From: Barthelona sp. PCE
Taxonomy: Eukaryota
NCBI GenBank assembly: GCA_040285745.1
Contig: JAUFOR010000001.1
Span: forward strand, 310,001 to 374,000
DNA: 64,000 nt
Direction of reading: 5' to 3'
Part shown: in pieces, positions 19,501 to 29,800 of the stretch
Layout: every line of letters begins with the position of its first letter
Numbering within the stretch: position 1 is the first letter of the stretch
The notes under the pieces: generated by a model
Database searches by the model: none
The model's input: the letters and a program-made list of their open reading frames with translations, nothing else
Told to the model about the DNA's origin: nothing
Translations under genes and position numbers: made by a program

Positions 19501-19979
19501 GTAAGATGTAGCCCAACAATATCCTTGTTGTCAAAGGAAGTCTTTTTTAGCGTCGCTGTCGTGAAACGGCTCTTTGTCGTCATTAAATCATCGTTCATAG
19601 GGATAACATAAGGTTCTTTATCATCTGTAGTGAATGCTTGAGAAAAGCGAAAGTCACGAGTGATTGGAAGAATTGAATCAATACTTTCACGAAACTGCAA
19701 CTTGAAAACATCCAGTTCATGCTTAAAAACAACGATAATGTGACAGTATGGAGGAAAAACTCCATCAACATGAACCCATTCACTGAGTTCTGACTTTGAA
19801 ACCACTCCACTGGGCTTAAAACAGACAAGTAGAGGGTTTGGAGTTATTTCAGAACCTACAGTAAATGAATCAATATCGATGTTGAATCCAATGCTACCAC
19901 TATTGACTACAACGGAATTTAAAGATGCCCAACACAAAATTGTGAAGGAAAAGATAAGAAAAGCACGCCCTAGAAACAT
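16590..19979 (-). CDS. Membrane-anchored subtilisin-like (S8) serine protease with EGF-like repeats and a CUB domain
   Basis: Signal peptide from ATG 19979. Catalytic motifs IADSGID, HGTHVAATIAG and SGTSMAAP; SSRGPTLDGRFKPDV. Cys-rich EGF repeats flank a CUB domain (CRWRL...DFVRVY...FSSDSSVELSGF). The C-terminus is hydrophobic. Confidence 0.93.
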   Translation of the reverse strand: MFLGRAFLIFSFTILCWASLNSVVVNSGSIGFNIDIDSFTVGSEITPNPLLVCFKPSGVVSKSELSEWVHVDGVFPPYCHIIVVFKHELDVFKLQFRESIDSILPITRDFRFSQAFTTDDKEPYVIPMNDDLMTTKSRFTTATLKKTSFDNKDIVGLHLTASSHSHFSNLLTLHADDDRFTIKKVTDVTYIVKLKDLSVIDEVIETFANSPAIIHVEPLFTISLHNEHAIDVALGSKTSLIRSRYTGFGSVVGIADSGIDLNSCFFHDPNHEVPVGNINMEHRKVVAYFSFGDQDDYKDGHGTHVAATIAGKALENTHPQIQELDGVAGDAKICFFDLAVGKVLNTPASIANSIFRVARDECNVRIHSNSWGFVTNTYTFASRDIDAFVFDNQDFLPIFSVGNFGHEGRRTIVSPANAKNVLGVGATLTTHQGHLDACCPYDENPDYCCGMKSNIKDNPTRYNEETVAEYSSRGPTLDGRFKPDVLAVGGPVRSVRAKAEGADDHCDYNPLVMSGTSMAAPVVAGAAVLLREMLVETHSNCSAALLKLALMISSKAPARAEIGIVLDPAGYISLLDIEFKFAKYTGVHHSTDKPVFFETYLRRNDRVGLVWTDPASSPGTIFQLVNTLHLTVVQTDGIVHHPDDFTGRDYINNAQFFTAPRSGTFQFSVSASKLMIVPQNFEVGVYSEEISGSSLSTVVPTCFNGSYDGFVCVCDKGYTGDFCEISPCPEGCPNGNCIDGVCQCAPSWLGNSCKYGLCSGETSLLSFTGTIRSHNDPMTLLNYFSNQNCRWRLANEGQKAVRLKFKRFCIEESFDFVRVYSDDVLISTFTGCSMPEDQTIIGSDVIVEFSSDSSVELSGFIIDYISISNDCINGCGSGFCSAGVCHCDQLYSGPSCENSDCDSACSGSGTCQDGSCDCHFGFSGKRCEKFGCPSNFKGSTAAVDIKPVKGVFNKPEYYEINAEPLSSPLSHRTYRIDMINSKNIGLCSSLYGNSTVFACTEVINGTAHSGIVPMRIKFSHTASDLHILAVTKGRIVIELFFNKKAVQTTYSLGHHVTLCDSNEGMKEIDVFVEKEFDEVVLHAEGEVYGVRSISYAFYCDNIATSGGYSGVQNPHYFLLILFGIIAFLV

Positions 19980-20047
19980 GAAGAAAGACCTATATAAAAA
20001 AACGACATGTTTACAGTTTCTCACCCTTTTCAGTTTTTAAGTACTGC

Positions 20048-22087
20048 ATGGACTCGTTTATTGGGGATATCGACGATATACTTGAAAGAGGAAGTGTGAA
20101 AAGGCCAATTTGGCAAATTCAACAAAGTTTTCAGTTTATGATACATTCTGATACATTTAGCATTTCTTCGTTGCTAGAAACACTGCGAACGCGCATAAGG
20201 TCCCATGCCCAGAGAGTGTTCGAAAGTTTATATTCAGTACAGAGCATGAAATTGAGATCTGGAGGGTTAGACGGTCTTAGTGGGCTTTATGAACGAATTT
20301 TGAGGTTAAATGCGTATTTGTCACCCATTTGTCACCATTTCTTGACGACAGGATTTAGCGTTGTGCGGAATGTCATTGATGTTGTTCAATCTACACCCAA
20401 TTTCTCTTCAGCTATTCGTCACGAGTTCACAGAACAGCCGCTATCGTCATCACAGTCTTATATTCTGTTAGTTCAAGCATTGAATGCTTTTGGACTACTG
20501 ACAGCTAAATTAGTTCAGTTTAAGATTGGTTCTTTTTTTAAGGATATTAAGGCACAGATCAAGGAAATAAGGACATACGAGCAGTTTAAAGACCATATAG
20601 AAGAATCAAAAGAGGTTTTGGGGAGAAAAATACGAAAAGTATTTAAATTCGTCCAATTTCCACTTTTTGCAGATGGAATAATCTTTAGTGTTGATGATTA
20701 TCTTAAGTATCTGTTGAAGAAGTGTTATTACGACATTGTTAATTACAGTGAAGACTTCTTCCTTGACTTGTGCAGACAACCTATCAATTTCCAACATTTA
20801 ATTTACGATGCTTTGGGATCACAGAAGGAGTTGTTGTGGAAGCACACAATTTTGTTACTCAAAAAGCACTATTTGAAAGGTTTTAAGGAGATTTTTGTCA
20901 ATTTTGGGTTTGTTTTTGAGGATATTCTTAAGAAGCCTTCAAGGATTGTTCACATTGATAAAGCGATCATATTTGACTACATACAACTGCTGGTTGATAT
21001 CTACAAGCAGATAGATGCTTTGGATAAGAATTTTAGAGATGTATTTGAAGTACTCATTAATGCATATCCTCGTCTAAATATTATCATGTTCACAACATAC
21101 TTTAATCACATTCTTATGATGAAGTCTGGACGGAAGACCCAACAAAATGTTATCAATGAAAATGACATCCGCATTCTTATTTCTTACATAAGTTTAAGTA
21201 ACAGTTATACGGATTTATTGAGGCGATATAAGAAGGATTTGGCATACAGATTGCGCTCAAAGTCATTTTGTTCACTGGAATTAGAATACAAGATGTTGAA
21301 TATTTTTAGTTTCGAATTAGGTGAAGACAAGGTTATGTCTATTGTTAATATGTTGAATGATTATAAGATAAGCACAGAGTTTACTAAGAAGTTACAGGGA
21401 GAGATTGATAATACGGAGATTTTGGTTATTAAAGGTAATGTTTGGCCTATAAAGGCTCATAGTGATACAATGATCTACCCTGAACATCTCAAGGAAAAAA
21501 TAGATCAAATCAATGAAATGTACACGGTATTCACACAGTCTACACTTCGAAAGTTAACGATGGATTTTAGAGTTGGTACTATGCAAATGACATTGCACAA
21601 TTCAATTAGAACAAAATTGTATGTCACAGATCTGCAGTACACGATCTTGTACAACATATGTAGAGGGGCCACAACGCTTCAGGAACTTATGGAAGCCACA
21701 TCATTGGTTTCAACAATTTTGCTTCAAGAGGGTATTTTGCCTCTCATTAACGTAAGTGTAATTGAGAAGGATGATATCAACTTTAAGCTCTCGGACTGGG
21801 AAGCTCTACCCGCACAGGTTGTTGTTTCACGTATAAGTAAGGATGAAGCTGCCGCAACCATTACTGATCAAAATTTGCAAAAATTGTCACGTTTTCAAAT
21901 CAATTGCCTTCAAGCATTCGTTGTACGCCAGATTAAGATGGGCAGTTTGACAGTAGATGTATTGAAAGAACGAATTTTAGAAGGATTCTTTGTTATGCCG
22001 GATGACAACGAGATTGACACTATAATAGAAAATTTGACAGATAGGAAGTACATTGCGATTGAAGGAGACACTCTTGTACTTGGATAG
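20048..22087 (+). CDS. Divergent cullin family protein
   Basis: YKKDLAYRL (CUL4-like YKKDLAKRL), VWP, RKLT, and a C-terminal winged helix with neddylation-site-like AFVVRQIK and IENLTDRKYI. Confidence 0.85.
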   Translation: MDSFIGDIDDILERGSVKRPIWQIQQSFQFMIHSDTFSISSLLETLRTRIRSHAQRVFESLYSVQSMKLRSGGLDGLSGLYERILRLNAYLSPICHHFLTTGFSVVRNVIDVVQSTPNFSSAIRHEFTEQPLSSSQSYILLVQALNAFGLLTAKLVQFKIGSFFKDIKAQIKEIRTYEQFKDHIEESKEVLGRKIRKVFKFVQFPLFADGIIFSVDDYLKYLLKKCYYDIVNYSEDFFLDLCRQPINFQHLIYDALGSQKELLWKHTILLLKKHYLKGFKEIFVNFGFVFEDILKKPSRIVHIDKAIIFDYIQLLVDIYKQIDALDKNFRDVFEVLINAYPRLNIIMFTTYFNHILMMKSGRKTQQNVINENDIRILISYISLSNSYTDLLRRYKKDLAYRLRSKSFCSLELEYKMLNIFSFELGEDKVMSIVNMLNDYKISTEFTKKLQGEIDNTEILVIKGNVWPIKAHSDTMIYPEHLKEKIDQINEMYTVFTQSTLRKLTMDFRVGTMQMTLHNSIRTKLYVTDLQYTILYNICRGATTLQELMEATSLVSTILLQEGILPLINVSVIEKDDINFKLSDWEALPAQVVVSRISKDEAAATITDQNLQKLSRFQINCLQAFVVRQIKMGSLTVDVLKERILEGFFVMPDDNEIDTIIENLTDRKYIAIEGDTLVLG

Positions 22088-22184
22088 ACACTTTTACGAT
22101 GTTTAATAAACTTGTTATTCATTTTCTTTGCATTTCACAACCTTTGTTGGTTTACTGTTGCGTTAATTATAATCACATGGTTAA

Positions 22185-23276
22185 ATGAACAAAGAAAACA
22201 ACGATTGGAAGTATACATGCTTAACTAGCCAAAGTCACAACCATTGCGCTTTCTGCCACAAAAGTATTGATGGTTCTAAGTTCGCAAAGTGCTTGTCATG
22301 CAAATCTATGCACTGTTGTATGGATTGTTTGCATGCATGCAAAGATAGTGAATTACATCAGGTTGATCATGAGTTTGTCATCATGGTTCAGGGTCTTCCA
22401 CACTTATACGACATGGAATGGACTGCTTTTGAAGAAATATTTCTTTTGGAGGGAGTTAAGCTGTTTGGACCAACAAATTTTGAACAAATAGCTGGCCATA
22501 TTGGCAGTCGTACAGCGGAAGAATGTAGAGAGCGCATACTTACATACTATTTAAGGGATATTGAAGAGTTTGATCCAGAAGAAGTAATTGAAAAAGTGCA
22601 AGAGAATTCGGAAGAGTGGGATAAGTTGCAGGAACTCATTGATAACGGGGAAGTCATGCCCCCAGACCTATTATGCCCTCTCCCTATAGGGCCTCCTAAG
22701 CCTATAAGGAAACCAACTGGGTTATCAAAAGTTTTACAACGGGAAGTTGATCAACCACCAAATACTAGATCTTATGTACCTCCTATTCTTCCCCCTGATC
22801 ATGTCTCTGTTGGTTTCAATGCAAGGAGGGAAGAGTTTGATTTTCAATGGGATTTTGATGCAGAGAAAGCATTAGTAACAGTAGAATTTGATGAAAAAGA
22901 CAGCGAAGAAGATATTCGAATGAAAATGGAAATATTACACGCTTGTAATAGACGTCTTTTGAGCCGTGAGGAGATGACAACGTTTGTTTTGAAGAATGAA
23001 TTGTTTAAAACTAGACAAAGAAGTTTTAAATTAACTCCAAGCAAAAGAAGGGAACAAATATTACCTTCAATTAAAGTATTTAGTCGATTCATTGATTCCA
23101 ATAAGCTGATTGATATATATCATAAAGAAATGGAGTTGCAGAAGTTGACGAATAAGCTGAAAGAGTTCAGCAAATTGGAGAAAAGTTCAAGAACAAAGAG
23201 TAATGCTGTGTTTGGTAAATACAAGGAGGATATGGAATCAGAATTTGGGTTAATTTCAAAGAGTCAGATGAGGTAA
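22185..23276 (+). CDS. ADA2: Transcriptional adaptor ADA2-like (ZZ zinc finger + SANT), apparently lacking SWIRM
   Basis: ZZ finger with CxxC pairs, SANT domain WTAFEEIFLLEGVKLFGPTNFEQIAGHIGSRTAEEC, and GFNARREEFDFQWDFDAE. Confidence 0.88.
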   Translation: MNKENNDWKYTCLTSQSHNHCAFCHKSIDGSKFAKCLSCKSMHCCMDCLHACKDSELHQVDHEFVIMVQGLPHLYDMEWTAFEEIFLLEGVKLFGPTNFEQIAGHIGSRTAEECRERILTYYLRDIEEFDPEEVIEKVQENSEEWDKLQELIDNGEVMPPDLLCPLPIGPPKPIRKPTGLSKVLQREVDQPPNTRSYVPPILPPDHVSVGFNARREEFDFQWDFDAEKALVTVEFDEKDSEEDIRMKMEILHACNRRLLSREEMTTFVLKNELFKTRQRSFKLTPSKRREQILPSIKVFSRFIDSNKLIDIYHKEMELQKLTNKLKEFSKLEKSSRTKSNAVFGKYKEDMESEFGLISKSQMR

Positions 23277-23561
23277 CAAATTAAGTAAATATGAGTATGT
23301 GAATATATTGCAATTTCAAGTATTAAACTTGTTTAATCGTTGTGTAAATATAAACCATCTATGATTGCAGTTCTTACACACTTTTTGAGCTGAAAATTGA
23401 AGTAAACATTTTTTGCAGGTTGTCTTATATTTGGCTGCGTTTTAAAGTGAAAAATGCTGGTTTCAGCATACAGCATGTGTAAAGAGCAGAAAATTATGAC
23501 TTAGAATCTTCACGATTTTACTTGTTTTCCTGATTTTTACCCGTTTCATTACTTTATATTT

Positions 23562-26500
23562 ATGAGTTTTCCCGGAAGACAGAGTGTCCACGACATTCCC
23601 GTTGTTAACATGGGAAAGGGAGCTGGTCGTTTAAGCACTACGCAAAATGACTTTGAACCAGTTGTTATTGGTGCTCCTTCCGATCGTCACATTGATCGTG
23701 AGCAGTTACCCGAGATGAGCCGTACATCAATTGTCGGTTTAGCCGTTCAAAAAACACGTGAGCTTGATCGTGCTATTCATCGTATGAGTGTCATTAGAGA
23801 GAGTTTCATTGATCTCCAAGCTGATACAATGATTAAAGAAGAGTTCTCAGAGTCAACTCAAAAAGATTTAAAGGTTGACGTGCATTCAAAGAGTATTTCT
23901 GATGTAGCTGTTGAATTTGGTACTGATTTGGTTAAAGGTATGTCCGAAGAAAAGGCTGCCTATCAGCTTGAAGTTGATGGTCCCAATATGCTTTCTCCTC
24001 CTGAGGAAGAATCTAAATTTGTGAAATTTTCTAAGCATTTAACTGGTTTCTTTGCAATTCTTCTTTGGATTGGTGCCATTCTTTCCTTCTTTGGTTATTC
24101 TTTGGATACAAGTGATGATTCCAATATGTTTATTGGTGTTGCTCTTGTTGTTGTTGTCCTATTCAATGCTATTTTCTCATTCTTCCAAGAAGAAAAATCT
24201 GCTGAAATCATGAAGGGTTTCCTTAACATGATCCCCGAATGTTGTAAGGTTACTCGTGATGGTGAAACATACGAAATTGATGCTACAAAGTTGGTTATTG
24301 GTGACATTGTTGATCTTGAAGCCGGTATGAAAATACCCGCCGATATTCGTGTCTTTGAAGTTGCTAATCTGAAAGCTGATCAGTCTGCTATTACTGGTGA
24401 GCCAATTGAGATTTCTAAGAATGTTGAAGTTTCTAAGGAGAAGTACACTGAAGCCAAGAACTTATGTTTCTATGGTACTCTCATTGTTGAGGGTTCAGGC
24501 AAGGGTGTAGTTTGGGCTGTTGGTGATGATACCTTTGTCGGTCGTGTTGCTGAGCTCACCAAACAAGAGTCAAATGCAATTACTCCCATTCGTGCGGATC
24601 TTGATAGATTTGTGTTTATCATTTCCACTATTGCTATTGTCCTATCTCTAACATTCCTTGTTGTTGGTTTTTTCCTTCAAGATTGGCTTTCTTCCCTTCT
24701 TTTCGCTATTGGTTGTGCTGTTGCTAACGTTCCTGAAGGACTTCTCGCATCAATCTCCATTTGTCTTTCTCTTGCTGCTCGTCGCATGGCTGGAAAGAAT
24801 GTTTTGGTTAAAAACCTTGAGTCTGTCGAGACTTTGGGTTCAACTTCTGTTATTTGCAGTGACAAGACTGGTACTCTGACTCAGAACAAGATGACCCTGA
24901 GTCACATGTGGTACAACAGTGAAATGCACACCGTCCAGGCTTCATACTCCAAAGGTGAGTTCAGCGGTGATTATGTTGTTGATGATGTTCACTTCAATTA
25001 TCTATTCCGCATCATGGCTCTTAACTCTCGTTCCAATTTCGATACTTCTGCGCTTGTACACGAAGAATTTTCTGCTCTCAAGTGCAAGGTTCTGGGTGAT
25101 GCTTCTGAGACCGCTTTCCTTCGTTTTGTTGGTGCTAATACCGATGTTAACGAGTATCGTGATCGATATATGAAATTGGTTGAGATCCCCTTCAACTCTC
25201 GCAACAAGTTCCAGTTTTCCATTCATCAAGTTCCTCAAAACGAAGTTGATGTCCCTGGTGGTCAACGTATGTTAACAATGAAGGGTGCTCCAGAGCGCAT
25301 CTTCAAACGTTGTACACACATTTTCCTGAATAACGAGATTGTACCCATTACTGATGAGCATCGTGAGAAGTTCCAAACTTCTTATGAAGATATGGCTGGA
25401 TTTGGCGAACGTGTTCTTGGATTTGGTTACAAGATGCTCGATGAGAAGATCTATCATGCTGAGTACGATTACGCTACGGTTGTTGATTCCAACGCTGAGC
25501 ATTTTGAACCTGCCCAACAGCTTTGCTTTGTTGGTCTTGGTTCACTCATCGATCCTCCTCGTGAGTCAGTCCCCGACTCTATCGTTCAATGTCAGAATGC
25601 TGGTATTAAGGTTACTATGGTAACTGGTGATCATCCTCATACTGCTGAAGCCATTGCTAAACAGATTGGTATCATTACCCTCCCCGTCTCTAACGTACCT
25701 AAGCCCAACCATGCTATTGTTGTGCACGGTGATCAGTTAGATGATATGGATGAGGAACAATTACTTGAAGTTTTACGCTGTCCTGAAGTTGTTTTTGCTC
25801 GTACCACCCCTAAACAAAAGTTGGATATTGTGCAAGGTTACCAAAAGTTGAATTATGTTGTTGCCGTAACTGGTGATGGTACTAATGATGCTCCTGCTTT
25901 ACGTACTGCCAATATTGGTGTTGCAATGGGTAAATCCGGCTCGGATGTCGCCCGTGAAGCTGCAGATATGGTTTTGATGGATGATTCATTCTCATCTATT
26001 GTTAACGGTGTTCATGAAGGTCGTGTTGTGTTTGATAACTTGAAGAAAACCATTGCTTATGTTCTTTCTTCGAATATTCCTGAAATTGTTCCTTTCCTCC
26101 TCTTTGTTGTTCTAGGTCTACCTCTACCTCTTTCTACTATCAATATTCTTCTTATCGATCTTGGTTCTGATATTCTTCCTTCTATTTCTCTCGCTTATGA
26201 GCGCCCTGAAGCAGATATTCTTGATAGACCTCCTAGAACACTAGATACTCGTTTAGTCACAGCTAAACTGGTTTCTTTCTCTTACTTGCAGATTGGTGTT
26301 ATGCAGGCCTTGGGTGGTCTTGCTACTTACTTCTCCGTCTTTAAGCACTATAACATCAGTGCTGGTGACTTAATCTTCTCTCAAATTGATTTTAACAACA
26401 AGGATATTGCTTCATGGAACGGTTTCAACTATGATGCCCGTCAAGAAATTTTATTAGAGGCTCAGACTGCTTGTTTCATTGCTATTATCATTGTGCAGTA

Positions 26501-26780
26501 TGCTGATCTGGCCATCTGTAAGACACAGCGTCTTTCAATCTTCCAACACGGTTGGAATAACAGAACCTCCACTCTTGGTATTTTATTTGAGACATTATGG
26601 GGTCTTTCTATGTCATATGTTCCAATTTTCAATACTGTTTTCCTTACAAGACCATTGAAGGGTGTGTTCTTCCTTCCTGCTATTCCATGGGCTTTTGCAA
26701 TTTTCATTTATGATGAATTGAGGAAGTGGATCATTCGTCGTAACCCTAAGGGATGGATTTCACGCTATACTGCCTGGTAA
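23562..26780 (+). CDS. P-type IIC ATPase (Na+/K+-ATPase alpha-like)
   Basis: VANVPEGL, VKNLESVETLGSTSVICSDKTGTLTQN, EIPFNSRNK, MKGAPER, MVTGDHP, TGDGTNDAPAL, SNIPEI and IDLGSD. Confidence 0.96.
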   Translation: MSFPGRQSVHDIPVVNMGKGAGRLSTTQNDFEPVVIGAPSDRHIDREQLPEMSRTSIVGLAVQKTRELDRAIHRMSVIRESFIDLQADTMIKEEFSESTQKDLKVDVHSKSISDVAVEFGTDLVKGMSEEKAAYQLEVDGPNMLSPPEEESKFVKFSKHLTGFFAILLWIGAILSFFGYSLDTSDDSNMFIGVALVVVVLFNAIFSFFQEEKSAEIMKGFLNMIPECCKVTRDGETYEIDATKLVIGDIVDLEAGMKIPADIRVFEVANLKADQSAITGEPIEISKNVEVSKEKYTEAKNLCFYGTLIVEGSGKGVVWAVGDDTFVGRVAELTKQESNAITPIRADLDRFVFIISTIAIVLSLTFLVVGFFLQDWLSSLLFAIGCAVANVPEGLLASISICLSLAARRMAGKNVLVKNLESVETLGSTSVICSDKTGTLTQNKMTLSHMWYNSEMHTVQASYSKGEFSGDYVVDDVHFNYLFRIMALNSRSNFDTSALVHEEFSALKCKVLGDASETAFLRFVGANTDVNEYRDRYMKLVEIPFNSRNKFQFSIHQVPQNEVDVPGGQRMLTMKGAPERIFKRCTHIFLNNEIVPITDEHREKFQTSYEDMAGFGERVLGFGYKMLDEKIYHAEYDYATVVDSNAEHFEPAQQLCFVGLGSLIDPPRESVPDSIVQCQNAGIKVTMVTGDHPHTAEAIAKQIGIITLPVSNVPKPNHAIVVHGDQLDDMDEEQLLEVLRCPEVVFARTTPKQKLDIVQGYQKLNYVVAVTGDGTNDAPALRTANIGVAMGKSGSDVAREAADMVLMDDSFSSIVNGVHEGRVVFDNLKKTIAYVLSSNIPEIVPFLLFVVLGLPLPLSTINILLIDLGSDILPSISLAYERPEADILDRPPRTLDTRLVTAKLVSFSYLQIGVMQALGGLATYFSVFKHYNISAGDLIFSQIDFNNKDIASWNGFNYDARQEILLEAQTACFIAIIIVQYADLAICKTQRLSIFQHGWNNRTSTLGILFETLWGLSMSYVPIFNTVFLTRPLKGVFFLPAIPWAFAIFIYDELRKWIIRRNPKGWISRYTAW

Positions 26781-26871
26781 CTTAACCTATTTTGTAAAAA
26801 AAGTCTGTTAAAGCTTGTTTTTTCGTTTTTTACTTTTCTCTTTTCTTGCTTTTTTTTCAAAGTATTTCTCC

Positions 26872-29800
26872 ATGTCCCTGTTAGGAACTATAGGGATGCA
26901 GCTAACCCTTATTCTTATTTTATGTCTGTCAATATCCTATGCAGATGTACAAAAGAAAAACATTGAATTTTTCAAGGAATATACTGCAGATTTGGGAACA
27001 GGTGGTGAACAACCGGTAACATATTTTCATTTTGAATTAGAATCTGTCATGTACAAAAGAATTGAGTTTATAGTTTATTCAAATGTTTCTGTTGGTTTTA
27101 TGTTTGAGAGATCAGCAATTTTGGGGGTTGATAACTTAATATTTTTCAGTGGGCACACATCTCATGGTCGAAAAAATTTGGATTTTATTCCCTACACAAA
27201 TCCAAAATTTGACGGAAATTTTACTGGAGATTTGTGTTTTTTTCCATTAGAACCCGTGCATGTTACCTTTAACTTGTCATATATTGAAGAAAAACCGGGA
27301 TATCTCAACAGTAATGAGTGGATAGCGTTTCAATCAAACTATATTTATTTTATCTTCCCTATCCAATCAGAGTTAACAGCTTTATTCGCATCTGCACTGC
27401 TCGACCTCACTATTAACATTGTTCATCTGAATGAGTCTACAGGTTATGTAATTGAACAATACTCAATAGATCTAAATAATAGATTGAGTCTTATGTTACC
27501 ACCGAACAGTGTTTGTAACTCTGGATTGTTAGTTTATTTCGATGATTCTCGAACATATTCAGTTACTAATGTGTACAAATTGAGAAAAGTTAACCCTGAA
27601 ATATTAAAAGCTGAAATTGCTTTCGATAACCCAATCTTTTTGAGTGGGTCTGGAGTTGCGGTTCTACTTAATCTCACAGGATTAATACCAACTCACAAGA
27701 ATTTGGATACAGTTGTTCGTTTTAAGGCAGCATATCCTTTATTAGGTTTAAAGTTGCATTACGTTTCACCAAGTTTTGAAATTTTTCAGTTTACACAATG
27801 TGAAGAAATACAGCAAATTGATGTTCCACAGCGCTTTTTTGAAGGCTCTTTGCTTATTACATCAACGAGTTCTGTGTTGGCAGAAATTTCAGCAACAAGA
27901 ATCGTTCCATCAAGTATGAGTCAACATTTAAAGCTCTCTTTTAACATGGGTGGCGATTGTGCCTCGTTTTATTCGTATCAACATTTAGATTTACCAGCTA
28001 ATCCGACCAAGTATTCAGATTATTATTTGTATACAAAGAGCTCTGTAGATCGTAGCATCTTGTTTAGTAAGAGACTACTCTCACCATTGACCATTAATGC
28101 ACCCAGTACAGAGATTATATCAGTTGATCTTCAACCGTTATCACATGTTTTTATTCCAATGGAAGTGCGCCAGGATTTCAAGTATTTTGTTGTCAATGGC
28201 CCAAAAACTCTAGCTCAACTATCAATGATGATTATTGACCGCACTAATTTTAATATTGATTTCGGTACATTGATGGAAGAGAGAGTTGTTAGTACAAAAT
28301 TTTGGATTCGCCCTACTCATAAGGTAGTGCAGCCTTGCGTGCTAAAGGTTAACAGTGAGATATCCATTGATATACATCTGCAGTTTACTGACGAATTCTT
28401 AGATCACAGTATATTTTCCGTCCAATCCGGAAACAATTTTGTTGAGCTGAATGTTTTGGGAAGAATGATTGACATATTGGTAACGAGTGGAAGGGGCTCA
28501 TACATTCATGCAATTAATTTCGGCCTATTCTATGTATCAGACATCACAGTTGTTGATGATAAAACGTATCCATTTACTCTATTAGCTAATGCAATAGCTC
28601 GAGCAAATTTCTCTACATCAATGAAAGAGTCGATCCCCAGGTTGTTTATTGACACAGAGAATCTATTTGAGGGATATTTGGTGTTTAATGGTGATCAAAC
28701 AGCATTTTCTCACAATATGTTTGATGTTCCAATGTGTACTGCACATGATATTCCAAATCGTGCAGAATTTAGAGTCATGATTTATGTACCACAGGTGACA
28801 GACATAGTTATTGAGACGTTTTCTGTACGAACATATGAATTATTTGTTGATCAAGAGCTGGAGATAGAAACTAGGCATCGCAGTTATTTGTACTTTAATG
28901 TAACAAAATTTATTGACACGTCATTGGATTTCAACATCCAACAAAACATTCTCAGCGTATCGATAGACATTGAAACCAATGTAGATTTATCCTTTATATC
29001 AGGAAAATATTTTGATTTTAAGGAGTGTGATTGTGCTGGTGATATTGAAACAGTCAAGCTGTCAGCAGGCACACATACACTGAACGAGACCGTTCTAAGC
29101 AATGTTTTTGATGGAGTTCGCCATTTAACAATCAGTTCAAAGCTTCAAGGTATTATCAAGATTAAACTGAATGTTCAATTCAGGTCAATAGGTGAATTTA
29201 GACCTTTAACGACAAAGATCACGTTTGATCTACCTGCAAATGATCGTTATTATGTTCATTCAATCTTTGATGCTGAACAGAAGACTAGAGAGTATCCTGT
29301 TGTTTTTAATTTTTGCGCATATTCTTATTTTAAGTATTCTGTTGCTGTGAATTTGAATGTGATTCCGAATATGAAGTGTGCAACAAAGGTCAACGACACC
29401 CTGTACTGTACCAGATTGGATTTAACATGTTTATTGAAGTCAACTGAATTATATTTCTGGTTTGGATCTTCTGAGTCCGATATTCAGATCCACACTAATG
29501 TTTTGGCTGGACATTTACCATTTATTGATATTGTGCACAATCGCACACTTAATCACTTTGTTTTACCAAACGCTTGTTATTTAACGCTGATAACAGTTCA
29601 ACATACAAGTTCCATCGGTATTATCAGTACAACAGCACTTCAGTCCACAGTACACCGCGTTAACGGGCTTTGTGACGTGTCATATGTGGGCAGCACAATG
29701 GGAATAACAAAGAATGATAAGGAACTGATTATTAACACTCACGCAATTTCGGATAATTCATTGCTTGTCATACAATCGTGCAATGATAATGCAGACACTG

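Noticed and set aside
23270-23504. ADA2 continuing via an intron or trans-splicing (AG|GTAACA, GTATGT) to supply the missing SWIRM domain
   Set aside because: No acceptor matches ATTRAT-RTTTAG and no downstream SWIRM-coding exon lies in the window. Simple domain loss suffices.
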